A stretch of DNA of 64,000 bases from Tubiluchus corallicola (lineage: Eukaryota > Animalia > Priapulida), in NCBI GenBank assembly GCA_030141605.1, contig JAQGDQ010000875.1, positions 1 to 64,000 of the forward strand. Reading direction: 5' to 3'. The position numbers and the translations under genes are program-made. Positions 39,755 to 54,098 of this stretch are shown here, one piece after another (the first letter of the stretch is position 1; every line of letters starts with the position of its first letter). The notes under the pieces were generated by a model that made no database searches, was not told the DNA's origin, and worked only from the letters and a program-made list of their open reading frames with translations.

Positions 39755-40005
39755 CATTTTCATGCTTGCTGCTGAATTTAAAACTGTTGTCAGGTGGAGA
39801 TAGTCTATCATTTCAACTACGACTAGCATTTTCATGCTTGGCGCTGAATTTAAAACTGTTGTCAGGTGGAGATAGTCTATCATTTCAACTACGACTAGCA
39901 TTTTCATGCTTGCTGGTATATTTAAAACTGTTGTCAGGTGGAGATAGTCTATCATTTCAACTACGACTAGCATTTTCATGCTTGCCGCTGAATTTAAAAC
40001 TGTTG
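39718..40005 (+). repeat. 72-bp tandem repeat (4 copies) containing the predicted GOPC C-terminal codons and stop
   Basis: Units start at 39718, 39790, 39862 and 39934: TCAGGTGGAGATAGTCTATCATTTCAACTACGACTAG... Confidence 0.93.
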
Positions 40006-42012
40006 TTGTTGTACAATGTATTTATTTACCATCTATTTGTGATTCCTAAAATGTTTTTTGGTTGTGGGGGGTGGGGGTGGTGGTCTTTGGGGGGTTAAGT
40101 GTAAAGCAACAACAGCGCTTAACTTTAGCAAACAAGTAGATTGCTTGCACCATATCTATTGTCAAAGTTTTTCTTTCTGATGCTTTAATTGTATGTTGAA
40201 GTTCACATTTTGGTAATGATATTGTGTAAATACACGTTATTATAACTAGCATTATCACACAATTTCACCTGTGGATCTTATGCTGATTTTTTTTGCTAAA
40301 TTTATCATAATTAACAAGAGATTAACGTTAATTATTAATACCAATGTTTATTAGCTGTGGAGAGCCCGACAATGAGCACATCTCGGAAGACTCTGGTTCA
40401 ATTCCCGGATTAGATAATCTCAGATTCTTTATTAATTAATGCGTTTGAAAGGGAATTGCCATTGATAGTGTTTTGTTATATATTTCTAACATTTTTAGAA
40501 ATCTGTAATTAAAACTAATAGTCAATTTGTTTGCCTAATCAGATCTGATCGCCACACGTGGCATTTCATGTACATTGAACATAAAAATGCGGACATGTTA
40601 CAAAGCATTAAGTATTTAGTTTGAGATTTATTGTTTTGGGTATTTAATACCCATTTATGGACTTATGCTTTATAAATTTAATAAGAATGTGCTTGAAGAG
40701 GCTGTTTTATTTAATTGTTTATTTATGTGGGAGTGCAATAGAACTTGTATAAATTGCAGTCTGATTTAATTTGACTTGAAGTGTCTACGTCGTTATAACT
40801 GCAGTAATTACAACCAATTACAACTTTGTTCAAGTAAAATCAGGTGTATAAATCTACGTGCATAAATTGACATTGTTAACTGACATAACTTAAAATTACA
40901 AAATTATTTTTTGAAGAAGTGAGTTCCATGTGTCTTCATGTCCTGTTGGATTTATGTTTTTAAGTTTTTGTCGAAATTTCAAACACTTTCTTTTTCTCAC
41001 AAGTGCACACATCCTACATATACAAGTATTCTGTTGTTACTAATTGTTATATACATGATGTGTACATGTATGTGTTGTGGGTTAGGTGTTGAAAATTTAA
41101 TAAATGTTTATCATTGTCAAATTCACTTGTAATCATTTCATTTTTAATACGATTTCACATACTTCAAGCTGGTGTCCATTACTCGACTGAAGGCTAGATG
41201 TAGGTGGTTGTGGGGCTGGATAGGAACCTAGTTCACTATGAAGGTAAAACCAGAGAAAGAGGTACCTTGAACATGTACTGAACCGGCAGAGCCACATTCG
41301 GATAAGGATACAGTTCCCACATCGGAGGCAAATGGCAAATGAAATTGCCCAAGAGCAATTGCCCATCCGTTTACTGATCAGACTTAGCATTGTTTAACTT
41401 CAGCCTCTAAGCACATGCATTGGTTACTCAGATGCAGCCCTGCTGAAATGATGTAGTTTACTTGGTTTTGTGTACAGTAAAAACATTTTGAATGGCATAA
41501 ATTTCTATATAGTAAAAACACTGTTTTTGCACAATGCAAATCACGTGATTTCTTGTAAAAAGCAAAGCAATAGAGACTCGGCAATATTGTAGTTACTAGA
41601 GATGAGACATCTTATCGATTAGTAATAGTTTCAATCCTGCCTGGTTTAAGTAGAAACCAAAAAATAGAAAGACGCTAGTTTGACAGAGAGGCTGAGCAAA
41701 ACTGTCTTATGAAATATCTGTTGCTTTATAATTGATAAAGGTTACGATGGGAAGACTTCTAAACAAAGCAAAGTGCAAAAACCCTTATGTACGTAACCTT
41801 CGAAAGTTCATCAAAGATCATTTTGTTTGTGGTTTTCTAGTCAGATCATGCTCTAGGACAGGCTTAGATGCCTTCTGACGAACAAGCTATGACAGGGTTC
41901 AGCTAGTCTAACTGAGGATTAAGATTATTATCTTGTTGGATTATTGTGAAGTGAGCTGCCTGTATAGCTAACCATTGACAGGATTATTATTTACAAAATA
42001 CAGTGATTTAAA

Positions 42013-42545
42013 ACAGTAATAGTAATAGTAATTTTATTTTCCTAAATAAATATACAATGATTTGACAATAAAATACACAAAAATACAAACGAACATAGGA
42101 GAAAGGGTGGCGAAAAACCAAAGGTTATCGAGTCAACCACCCTTCTCAAAGGACAGTAAACAAAAGGACGCTAATGACAGTAGACATAACTATAATAAAA
42201 AATACATAAACGTGCAGAAATACAAAAACAAAAATACAACAGCAAAAAAACCCCAAAAACCATGACAAATTTGCGAACTACTAAGCAACTCATAGAACGT
42301 GACTTTGCACCTCATAAAAAGATGTTTTTCAGCGAAAGTTACCACAAGAATGTGCATCTAATAGACAAAAAAACTGATTTATTTGTAAGTTTTAAGAAGT
42401 GCCTTAGCGTACTGTTTATTTAGCGAATGCGGAGGTAAAGAAGTCATATGAGCAGGTAGGGAGTTCCATAATACTGATCCCTGATATTTTAACGACCTTT
42501 GACACTTAGATGTATTAAATCGTTCGATGAAGAAAGAACTGCTAG
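42013..42545 (-). mobile_element. 3' fragment of an L2/Crack-like LINE
   Basis: Minus translation ERFNTSKCQRSLKYQGSVLWNSLP...; 3'UTR with GGGTGG...CCACCC stem, then AATAAA-(TTACTA)n tail. Confidence 0.7.
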
Positions 42546-43117
42546 AAAGAAACAAATAACACCCAAGAGTTTATTTAGCATGTTTTATAGATACAAGTTG
42601 TTTTTATTAACAACTAACCTCACCTAATCTTTTTTTAATACATGAAGCAAAATGTAATGATCGTAAAAAATTAGAAAAAAACTTAAAAAGTCATTATTAT
42701 TATTATTATTGTATGAAATTATGTTTCTTGTTCTACTAAACGTCATACTATGGGCGTCTTCTCAAAACAACGTTAATTTTGTTCACTTTCAGTATTTTTT
42801 TAAAATTTGCTTTATTTTGGTATTTAATTTTGATGGAAATAACTTGATAACATGTATAAAAAACTTATCAAATTTTACACATGAAAATTATGTATTTACA
42901 TGGTAATTATCTACAATTACTTAACAGACAACTTTACGTCATTATTTAATCTGCCGTGTTAACCAGTGCCCAAATTAACCTATTTTGTTCCCAAATAAAG
43001 GGTAGCTGAATGCATGACTTTTTAGTCAATTCGCTACCCTATCTCTTCAACTTTAGACTTACTTTACTAACACATTTATTACTCTAATTACGTTTGTATA
43101 TATATATATATATATAT

Positions 43118-43588
43118 ACTACGGCCAAATCACGTTGAAAACATCGGTTCTCGTCTGATCACCGAAGTTATGCAACGTAGAGCCTGGTTAGTGCTTGGAT
43201 GGGTGATCGCCTAGCAATACCAAGTGCTGTAGGCTTGCGGGATGCCCACACTGTATCTCGACACTAGGCGGAGGAGCTGCACAAGCAGCCTACGGCAAGA
43301 GGGCGGAGGTCAAGTGACCCAACGGCCATGTGTAGAGGAGTAAACCTTCCAAATCAGGAGTGGAGCCCCGAAGGCAGACCAGTCCAGCATGCTCACTGAC
43401 TCCAGCCGCTCCTGCAGTCAACCTGGTGCCAAATGTATCGCTCTGCTTTCCTTTGGACTACACCAGGGAGGAAGAGAGGGGTTCCTGTTGTCTGTGCAAC
43501 TCAGGATATCAATACACTTTGCCCAGGCGTGCGCCCTGGAGAGGCCACTCCAGTGGTTCAAGGATCTGTCTCGGAAGGCAATGGAATG
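43118..43588 (+). mobile_element. 5S rRNA-headed SINE, copy 2, inserted in (TA)n
   Basis: Same head and body as copies 1 and 3; ends in an inverted piece of the tail. Confidence 0.88.
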
Positions 43589-46500
43589 TATATATATATA
43601 TATGTATATATACGTTCCTGAAATGTTACAGAGAAAAATAAACTTGATTTGGTTTGACTTGATTTAGAAAAACCTCTGCTGCTTGGTCAGTAAAACAACT
43701 AGTACCCCGACGACTAATTGACTAAATTTATTAAGCGAATTAAGTTCAATCAAAAAAGATTCTAATGATTTTGCACTGGCCTCAGTAATCAGACTGTTTC
43801 ACCTACACAATTATATTTATATTTCTCATTCTGTGCACTTACCAAAACAGCCTCCTGACAAAATCAACTTGGCAGCAAAATTGTATTTTAGTATACATAG
43901 TATTAGTTTTTAAATTTTACAAGTGAATTGGAATTCACCTAACTGGAATGTAACAGAATCTAGCTTACGATAGTCTCTCTTCAAACGTTGGGGTTTATCC
44001 ACAGCTGCAAAAACTCAAACTTCGAATCCAAATCTCAGATGCTTGAGCTAATTAACAAAAAGTTTTTCATAAATTTGCCATCTGAGCATTTGTCACTTAA
44101 TTATTAGATGATGACAACGACAATGATGAAGATGATGTTCATGTCAGCGACGATGATGATAATAGTAACAATGATAACAATTTTGTCAAACAACTAGGAC
44201 AGTAACAAAGCAAAGATGCAAGCGTCATATTGCCATTCAAATTCGCCGCATTGTAATCACCTTGGTATCGTATTAGCCTCTCCCAATATTCAGCTGAATG
44301 AAACTCCAAAATTTTCTCAAGAAATTAATATCTATTGTAACGGAGGAAGGAAAAACTCATACTAACCGCTTTCACATGTGATTTTTGATTCGTTGACCCG
44401 TGATGTGATTACAAACTGCATTACAACTCTACACAACTATCATAAATGTCTATCATTACGTTTTAAACTAATTAACACTTGGCTTGCAATAAATTATATT
44501 TTCACTATAAAATTACGAAATAAGTTAAATTTAGTCGTCTTATTCTTGAATGATGGCGTTAACCAGGTAGATTTATTACTATTATGATATTCACGTCCCG
44601 TGATTAATGTGTCACAAAGATTTTATCAATTATAAACAACTAGGAAGAGCTCTGTGTTGTTCTCTGTTCTCTTGTTTACAAACTTCAGATTATTTAAAAT
44701 GTTCCCGGTAAGAACAACACCGGCCACTATAGGTCCATTTTTGGTTGATGACCTTGATGCGTTCACAAACAGCTATCTTTTTAAAATCTGTCCGGAAACG
44801 TAATTGTGTTTTAATTTGGTTTAATGAGTGTGTTCGGAATTAACTTTAGGTCATGTCGCTTATTGTACAAAGTACGCGAATGTTTGTACTATTTGTAAAG
44901 TTTTGTTAATAGTATACTACATTAAAGTAATGAAATGATATATGCTGCCACCTACAGGCCTCTTCAGTTAATTGTATAGAGTTTATCAGGAATGAGTTTA
45001 TTAAGTCTTTAAGCGTTTTTCCTTTTCCCAAAATATTGGTTTAGTGGCTTAATTAAATTGTTAATTTTATTCTTGGAGAGAAATTCATCATTTGACAGCT
45101 TAATCAAGTTATTTTAAATTTACATACTATTAAAAATAATAACCTTTCTATCTTTTATATCATCCCATATATGAGCTTCATTCATTACGTCATTCCATTT
45201 TAAGCACTAATGTTTTTTGTAATCACGATTCACTTTAAATGTTCAGATTATCTCCATTATTTTTTTTCTATAACTGTGTGGGACAATCTAACAAGCCCTG
45301 CTTTTTGATTGCCCGCAACACATTTACCTTCGTGTATAGGTGAACAGTGTTTGAGGCTTTTCCTGTGCAGTATTTCTTATTTGTATTATATCCATTGTAG
45401 GCCCTTTCACTAGATATTGTATATGTAACCATTGTAAATGTGTAATGTGAAATAAATGACTTATGACTTGATAATAGAAAATATAGTTTGGTAATAGAAA
45501 ACACAAGACAGCTCTTTCTATGCAATGATTTTTATTCTGCTCAATGAAGCCAAGTACACTCAATGAAGCCAAGTGACATTGATGTATCTAGTAGTCTGTA
45601 GAGTATAGGTGATCTTTCCATTTATGGTCTGTATGCATGAGTATGATGTACCTTCCAATAGGAACTTGAATCTCTAGTCATGTGACTTACATCTCAATGT
45701 TTGTTGCTTTCATAACCAATGTGTGTGGAGAGAATTTTTGTGACAATGAAACAAGTTATACAGTTATTCTAGATTCTACCATCAGCAAGAACTGAGGTCA
45801 ATATTTCACAATATGGAAAATATCAATAAGAAGAAAGCAAAGGAAGAATACAGCCCACATATACTTTCAGAAAAATAAAAAACGTCTAACCATAACTCAA
45901 AAGTAACGAAAAACAACGACATATCTTACAGCAAGACTCATATTTAGCCCTATCATAATCTTTAAAGCTGTTAGGTTAGGCAGTCGGAGAACTTATATAA
46001 GCAATGTGTCTGGTGAAAATTAACTTAAAATAGTCTTCTGTGTCATGTTCAACATGCCAGTTGACTAGCGAATAAACGAATGTTATTAATACCAGTAATG
46101 TCACAACATTAGCACGTTTGAAAGATGGTCACAGGAGCTGGAAGCATCCAGGTTTTTATATTGCAGCCTTGGTTGACTGAGGATTACAAATGTTCCAGGA
46201 AAAAACAACAAAAATGCTATTTCATAAAATTACAATATTGCTACACGAAATATTAACTGGAATTTGTAGCAAAATTAAATACAGAATAAAAGTTTCTAAT
46301 TGCGGGTAGCCATTTCTAAAATCACTAACTTTGACTCCGAGGATCAAACATTTCAATTTATTCAACATCTAGTCAAGTTTCTTGGTTTGTTTTTGAGGAA
46401 AGAAGTAACATGACATGCACATATGAATGCTTTCCCTCACACTGCAATTGAAGCAAAATATGTTACGTCATCCATTCAAAAACCTATTTTAGAATTCATC

Positions 46501-49067
46501 TGTATCATCTTATAATTGTGGACCTAATTAACGTCACCTAGTATAATATGTCTGCCAAATTTCAGCTATAAACGTAACTCACAAACGTTAACACGATTAA
46601 TAAATCCATCGAACCTGATTATTTAATCATGTGTAATAGCAGTTATGCCCAGATTTTACTCATTTCGGCACCGCAAAGTGTTTTAGAAATGTAACATGTA
46701 ATACAATTATCAATTTATACGGCTTACGTCTCCATAACTCCCATTTGCTGTTACTTCATGTTCATGTAACCTGATAGCTAGAACTCAGTGCCAGAGGTTG
46801 TGCTCTGTTTCATTACAAAGCCTCGATTACATAAGCTAATTAGTGAAACCAGAATTACAGGTAGTTTGAACTTTAAACTGCTACAGCAGACCCATAAATA
46901 CCTGTAATTAAAACTGCTCACAAAACTACAGCACGCAATGCGTTTCAAACGCCTAAAACTAGTTTCATAATAAAATGAATGTTCTTATAATATTATATTG
47001 TTATTTTAACGTTAATTAATACTAATTACGTAACTGTGACATTAACTTGTTCATTCCATGGAAAGATCTACCTGCTGAATAGCGCAAGAGATAGGACAAT
47101 GCGATTGGCTGACTGTATTACGGTGTAAGACGCCGTATCTTAGCTACCGAAAATACATGTCGGCCTACATGCTCAAATAGCATAGAGAAAGAAGCGACGA
47201 ACTGTGAACTAGTAGTAAAATAATTACTATACTGTTACTATGATAACTGCAGGCGGTAGACAGGTTAACGTAAAGTGCGCTTGTTTGCTGTTTCATAGCT
47301 GTTCATTTTTATTCTCTCGCAATAAACACAGCGGGAAATTTCTTTGCGGAATTGTCGAGTGGTGAATCATTATTTCTGGATATACTAATCATTTCATGGT
47401 AAGTAATAATTCCAATATCGTCAATTTAGAAAAAAGACATTGTGATGTGTAATTGATGATGATGATATGTCTTTATTAGCCTCTTTTTGCAGGCAAAAAT
47501 ATCTGTACTAAGATTATACAATTTTACATAGACACTAGACAGAGTGAATTCAACAATCTTACATTTACGGATTCTGTAATTAGCTTTTCTAATTTGTGCG
47601 TATAACATTATTTACAGTGATGTTAAACAAGAAGTGTTGAAGTGCGTGCTAAAATCAAGGTTCTTAATGCAGCAAGTTTCCTGTGAAGTAACATAAAAAT
47701 GCCGACAAATTGATATACCAAATTATTAAATTCCAATTCAATGTTTAAGTCCACAAGAGTTACAATCAGTAATCTCAAGAACTACACAATTTGAATCCCT
47801 GTTTTACTATGGTAATCTGTGAGGCAAATGTGCTTTAACACGAGCTTTGTCTGAAATAAAAATTAACTTATTTTACTTATAGTTATAGGCTTATGTATAA
47901 TTATAGCGCTAACATAAGTTCTTCGTTATAGACTAGCATAAATTAGTTACAATTTAATAGTAATACTGATAAAATTTGTACTAAAATACCAGCTCAAATT
48001 TAGACCTTATTAATTAAAACACAGATTTGGGTAAGACAAAATTATGACAATAGAAATAGTTCCAGTGGTAAATTACAATAACGCATTACGTAGAATATCT
48101 GCTGTATAATTAGAGACGGATGAATTTAGCAAAAATTAAGCTGTGCAAAGGTAATAAACACTATTGAAAGTTTTGGCAATGCGGTCATAGGGCGTTTTTA
48201 TTGACAGCAATTTCATAGAGTTTCTAATTTAGGGTAAAATTATGAATCATGAGTGTTTTTTGTAGCCGAATCGCGAAACACTTTTGGTGAATTCCATTTA
48301 CCTCCTGCGCATAAAATCACGCTGCTGCTAATAACATAAAAAGTAAATCACAATTGTGAAATTGGTAAAATTAATATAACATTATTGGCATAATTTCAAG
48401 AGTAAATTTCGTCAAAAGTTGTTGCAACTGCTGTTACCATGATCTAAAGTAGATACGCTGTGCTATTGCACTCCAATTGCTTACAAATTTTTCGGGAATA
48501 GCCTATATTTATGCAGACAACGGCATGTTGAACAGCAGTTAAAAAACTTCCGGTCGGAATAAACTGTTTCCGGATTTGTGAGTCGCAAGCTTGAATGTTT
48601 TGGAGTATTTGTGTATTTGAATATGCAAAACTTTTGCAGGATATAATACAGTTCAATTGTGGAAATATATATAATTTCAATCCAAACGTATAATGTTTTG
48701 TAATACGAAAAGTCACGTCGTATGTTTTCAATAGCGATAGATTTTTGTATCAGATTTTCTGAGTGCCACTAAACAATTCTATTATCTTCGTCAAAGAAAA
48801 TCTGACAATTGATAGGCTTTTCGTTTGCAAAACTGGACTTATACTTTTAAATGAAATTAGGTGAGAGCTTTTTCGTCTATTTTGTCTTCTTTCTGCTTCG
48901 TTTTTTTCGTTTATTCATCAATATTTCATTATTTTTCTTTGTTTTGTCCGTTCTTTACTGTTTTATCGTTTCCTTACTTCTCTTTTTCCTCCTTCCTTTC
49001 TCGTCTTTTTCTTCTTCCTCTTATTTCTTTGAAAAAATAATGGCAAGGAGTCATGATCAGCGGGAAC

Positions 49068-49249
<182 letters not shown>

Positions 49250-49768
49250 CACACTTTTTATGTAGATGCAGTGACAATCATATTAGCTATCTGAAACGGC
49301 TAAGCCTCTGGAAAAGCGCCACCTGGAAGTTGATTTAATTAATCACGTGCTACAAAATCGTTCACAAGGAGTTGTAACTACATTTTGACAATTTTTTTAC
49401 TAAGGATATTATCAACAAAAGCAGGAGTAACGATTCACTTAAACGCTCTGTTAGACGAGCTAAGGGAAATGCATTTGGTGCTTGTTCTCGAATAGGATAG
49501 TCCCACTTTGGAATAGCTTACCCGCGCAAGTAAGGCAACAAAACTAGACTGAATGCTGTGCATTTGAGTAGATATTTATTTTTATATGCGCTAACAAGCA
49601 GGTAATTTAGCCTCTGATCATCTCCCGCACATCATTGATTTGGTGATTTTTTTTGTATAAATATTTGTTTTTAATTATTGTTTACGTACGATATGAAAGA
49701 AATGAAATAGATAAAACGAAGGCTGGAACCACCAGGACTACATATGTTACGAGGGCTAATATACAGAT

Positions 49769-50294
49769 GACTACGGCCAAATCACGTTGAAAATTCTCGT
49801 CTGATCACCGAAGTTAAGCAACGTAGAGCCTGGTTAGTACTTGGATGGGTGACCAGGTGTTGTAGGCTTGCGGGATGCCCACACTGTATCTCGACACTAG
49901 GCGGAGGAGCTGCACAAGGCAGCCAGCGGCTAGAGGGCGGAGGAGTTCAAGTGACCCAACGGCCATGCGTAGAGGAGTAAACCTTCCAAATTAGGAGTGG
50001 AGCCCCGAAGGCGGACCAGTGCAGCATGCTCACTGATTCCGGCAGCTCCTGCAGCCAACCTGGTGCCAAACGTATAGCTCCGCTTTCCTTTGGACTACAC
50101 CAGGGAGGAAGAGAGGGGGTTCCTGTTGTCTGGGCAACTCAGGATCTCCATACACCTTGCCCAGGCATGCATCCTCGAGACGTTCAAGGATCGGACTGCT
50201 CAGCCACAGTCGATGCTGCAGCTCCATCAATGTGATCAATAACTGACTCTCTTGGCGCACACTCCATTATCTTCCGAGACAGAAGGATGGCAAC
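49769..50294 (+). mobile_element. 5S rRNA-headed SINE, copy 3, with RTE-like 3' tail
   Basis: Head and body, then TCAAGGATCGGACTGCTCAGCCACAGTCGATGCTGC (SRIGLLSHSRCC) ... CCGAGACAGAAGGATGGCAAC. Imperfect TSD AATATACAGAT / AATGTATAGAT. Confidence 0.87.
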
Positions 50295-51180
50295 AATGTA
50301 TAGATATTACTTTGAATTGTTACAATAATAACTATGCCGTACTGGAGGAAGTACAATATTCCAGCATGAATAATACACAATGAAAGTTAAATTACGATGT
50401 GTTCGCACAATAACCCCCAGTATCAATCGTATCACGATAATATAAACACATTTATCCGAAAAGCTACAATAAAGTCTACGTTACACGGATTATAATGCTG
50501 GATATTTTGGGATTTTGAGATAATAAATGGATTAAAATGTTACTGACTCCTGTAGAATCAAACACTGAATTTACTCTGTCATTATTTCCGGACAACTATA
50601 TCTCGAATCAACGATCTGACACCACGGATCATGAACTATCAAGAGGGGATTACTGCAGCGCATTGGCTTGACCGCACATTCCTCGCGAGCTACTACAACA
50701 CCTACTAGAAAGTTCAACTGGCCATTGTCATCACCGGGGACAGGATATACGGCACAGCTTTCTATGATCATAATCTAATAACAATGAACGCACTGTGCTG
50801 CTCTCATCAATATTGACACAGAAAAACACCCGTGGGCCTACTTGATGCACTCCAAAAACTACTATGGCGTCCAGGGTTTAAGCACTAACAATAGGTTCAA
50901 GATCATCCGTGCTCGTCATTATCGTTACTTCAACTTTCGCGAGCGAAGTTCACGTGCTGGCATTCCTCGTAAAGCCAAAAATGAAATTTTAGTTCATCAT
51001 GTTTTTCCAGTAAAACCCTGGAAAGTGTTATATAGGCCTACTCGACAGATGATATTTACAAATTTCATATTATAAAATTCAATCAAATTGATTAATTATA
51101 ATCTTAATTTCAAAATTATCCATTAGTGATGAAATGGATCAATAATTGCTAAACTTTTCAAACCAATAAAGTGTATTAAG

Positions 51181-51576
51181 TAGGGGTGAGCATCGAATGT
51201 TCGAATTTCATTCGAACGAGTTTTTTTAGTTCGAATTCGATTCGAACCTAAAATTATAGATTCAACACTTCAGCCACATACGTTCTTTATCATTAAAATA
51301 TTTGAAGTAGCATGCAATTCGTACAATTTTACTGCAGTTTCTGTGTAAAATTTTTAACAAACTATTAGTGGTTTTACTGCAGACAAAGCAGGTGCTATGC
51401 ATGATCTTTGTAAGACCACTTTTTACTAGTGGTTCGAAAACGTGTTCGAAAATCTTTCAAACTCAATTCGAATTTGATTCGGAATCGAAATACTGAAATT
51501 CGGTTTGATTCGAATTTGAAAGTCACAAATTCGGTTCAATTCGAATTCGCTTTCTCGTAGAGAATGCTCAACCCTC
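51181..51576. mobile_element. hAT-type MITE with TTCGAA subterminal repeats
   Basis: TIRs TAGGGGTGAGCAT / ATGCTCAACCCTC; imperfect TSD GTATTAAG / GTATTAGT. Confidence 0.75.
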
Positions 51577-54098
51577 GTATTAGTAAGTATACCAAAAATC
51601 CAGCTTCAATTCAACTTATTTTACAGCTACTTTCCGTTAATTTTAGTTCAGAATGTGTAATAATTTAGGTTTATTCTACAGTATTATTATAAGCGCAATA
51701 TTTTTTCAAACAGATCAAACCACCCCAGTTAAAAACAAACTTGAAAAAAGTGCCCGCATTAATTATATACATTCTACGCATACACGTAAATGTAAACATC
51801 TTTCACATTTTTCTACATTACTTAATACTTCACTTGTTCTCACATACATGAATGCAGTGCTGTGGATTGTTTGAAATAAGCAAGTTTACAGTCGTACGGT
51901 GTAACATAAAAAGCTTCTTGCTGACTGGTTTAGATTTCTGAATGTCTCTGATCATGTGACTTTGTGTGATGACGTTTATAAGTGTCAAGTTTTTTATTCG
52001 GCTAAGCCTAATACTGAATTAACGTCAACAAGGTTAGAGGCTAAGTATAAAATTTCTTAGAAAAAGAACTTGGTCTCGTGCTTGACTACAATGGAGACCG
52101 CTTTACCAATGCTTGTACGCATCAGGTCACAGCGAACTATAAAAATGTTTGGCATGTGTTGACAGGTGTCATGTTGTTATGAAGAATCGCTGACAATTCT
52201 TTCTACTGGGTCAGCTAGTCAGTATAATAAAAGTATTGCAAGAAGTGCAAAACAGTAATACCTCGTCTGTCTAACTATCAAAATTAGTAGTGTGATAAAG
52301 TAGCTTTAGTTATTTTTAATTAAATATTTAAAGTATGTTTTTAATCTTTAAAAATTGACGTGAAGTGTTGTGTATCCATAACATACAGAGGCGGTTATTC
52401 ATAAAGAGGTTTATTAATAAAATCGATATTCCGTGAAATAATCCATTCATTGTGGTGCACATATAATAAATTACACAAATTTCCTAAATGTAAACATTTA
52501 AGAACAGTAAACGCCTAATTTCTATATAGATTACACTACAGCTGCCAAAGAGACAAAACGAAATCCATAAGCAATGACTGTGTAATTTTTTACAAAATTG
52601 TAAACTGATCTTGTATCTTGTATAATGATATGATCAGTAAGAATTTTGCCACGTGTACACGTTACGAAAATCTTTAGGCTTTAGTAGGCAGTGACTTGTA
52701 AGCCTAAATGGGGCTGGGATTATATCTCAACTTTTGTCGTACAGGGAACAGTGAAATGATTGTAAATGTACGACTGGTGTAAATATTTTCTCGCTCTCAC
52801 TGACTCACTCACTCACTAAATGACCAATTTTCGCATTTCATTCAGGCTTCTACACAACGCAGTAAGATTTTAATAAGCTTGGCATCCATTGTCGAAAATA
52901 CTTATAAAACAAACATTACAGACAGAATCATGCATGTTATTATAAAAAGAACTATGTTTTAATTTGCTTACGAACAGATATTTCGAATTTCGCAGCCCTA
53001 ATATCAGGAATCACCCCATAATGGACTGCGAAATGCCTGTTTATTAGCCAATAAAAACTCAATTCTTTTATTACACAACACCCATAACTGCGCCTATAAT
53101 CTCTAGTTCATTAACATAATGCAGTGGTTTCGTACCTGGTGATTTTTGAAAGACATTTTGACATTCAAAAACTTTGACGACGTTGTGACAAGATGTAAAA
53201 GACGTAACGAAACGAAAATTGCTCCGAAAATAACTGCAACTGCAAGTTTCTTTCGTAAGTAAAAATTATAAAATCAAATTTCCGGTTGATGGAAACGTTC
53301 TTATTTTACGTTTTAGAAGAAGCCATACTGTTTGCATAAAACGTCTTTTAAACCATTTAGCGAGTTTTAAGCAAACAACATGGATCATGCTATTACATAT
53401 AGAAATAACCGAAAAATACGGTTAATGAGAAACCAATTTTGTCACTAAAAACGGGGACGGCGCTGGTCAAATGTGACAGCTTTGCCATAATCCGACGCAT
53501 TAATCAGCAATGGGATTTGAACTTTATCGGGCAAACATTACCGCGCATTATAATTCTCGGGTGTGAAGTCAATTCGAAGGTAATTTATGACATTCCTAAT
53601 CGCACCATTTCAGTTCAGTTACGCAAAGCTGAACTCAGAGAACAGTGACCCTACACAGCATTGCTCAGACAAGAAACAGTAGCTCTCAGTTCTCTTTAGG
53701 GCTTAATTGCTTGCTTATATGGAGGCTCAGCGAACAAATAGCAAAAAGCAGTTAATCAGCAGAAGATGCACAATTCCGAATTAAACAACGTCTAGTTTGC
53801 AACTGCTAACTGTAGCCTGTACCACACATCCATCTAATTCCTATTACATTTAACAAAACGTTTGTATTTTAGTCAACAAAATCACACTGTAATGACGTGA
53901 AATCATTTAACTGAGTTTGTAGAGAAACCTACTTATTTTATGACATTGAACAAAGCGCAAATTATTTACATAGTTTTCATATTTTGCAGGTGAATGGGGA
54001 AGACTGCTCTGACAAAATGGATATTTGCACTTCAAAGCGACAAGCCGTGCACACGTGTACTTCAAAATTCGCTTCCGATAATACGTAACAAGTTGTGA

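Noticed and set aside
52720-53110. Possible non-autonomous Helitron ((CTCA)n tract, CTAGT end)
   Set aside because: No clear 3' hairpin and no second copy in the window.
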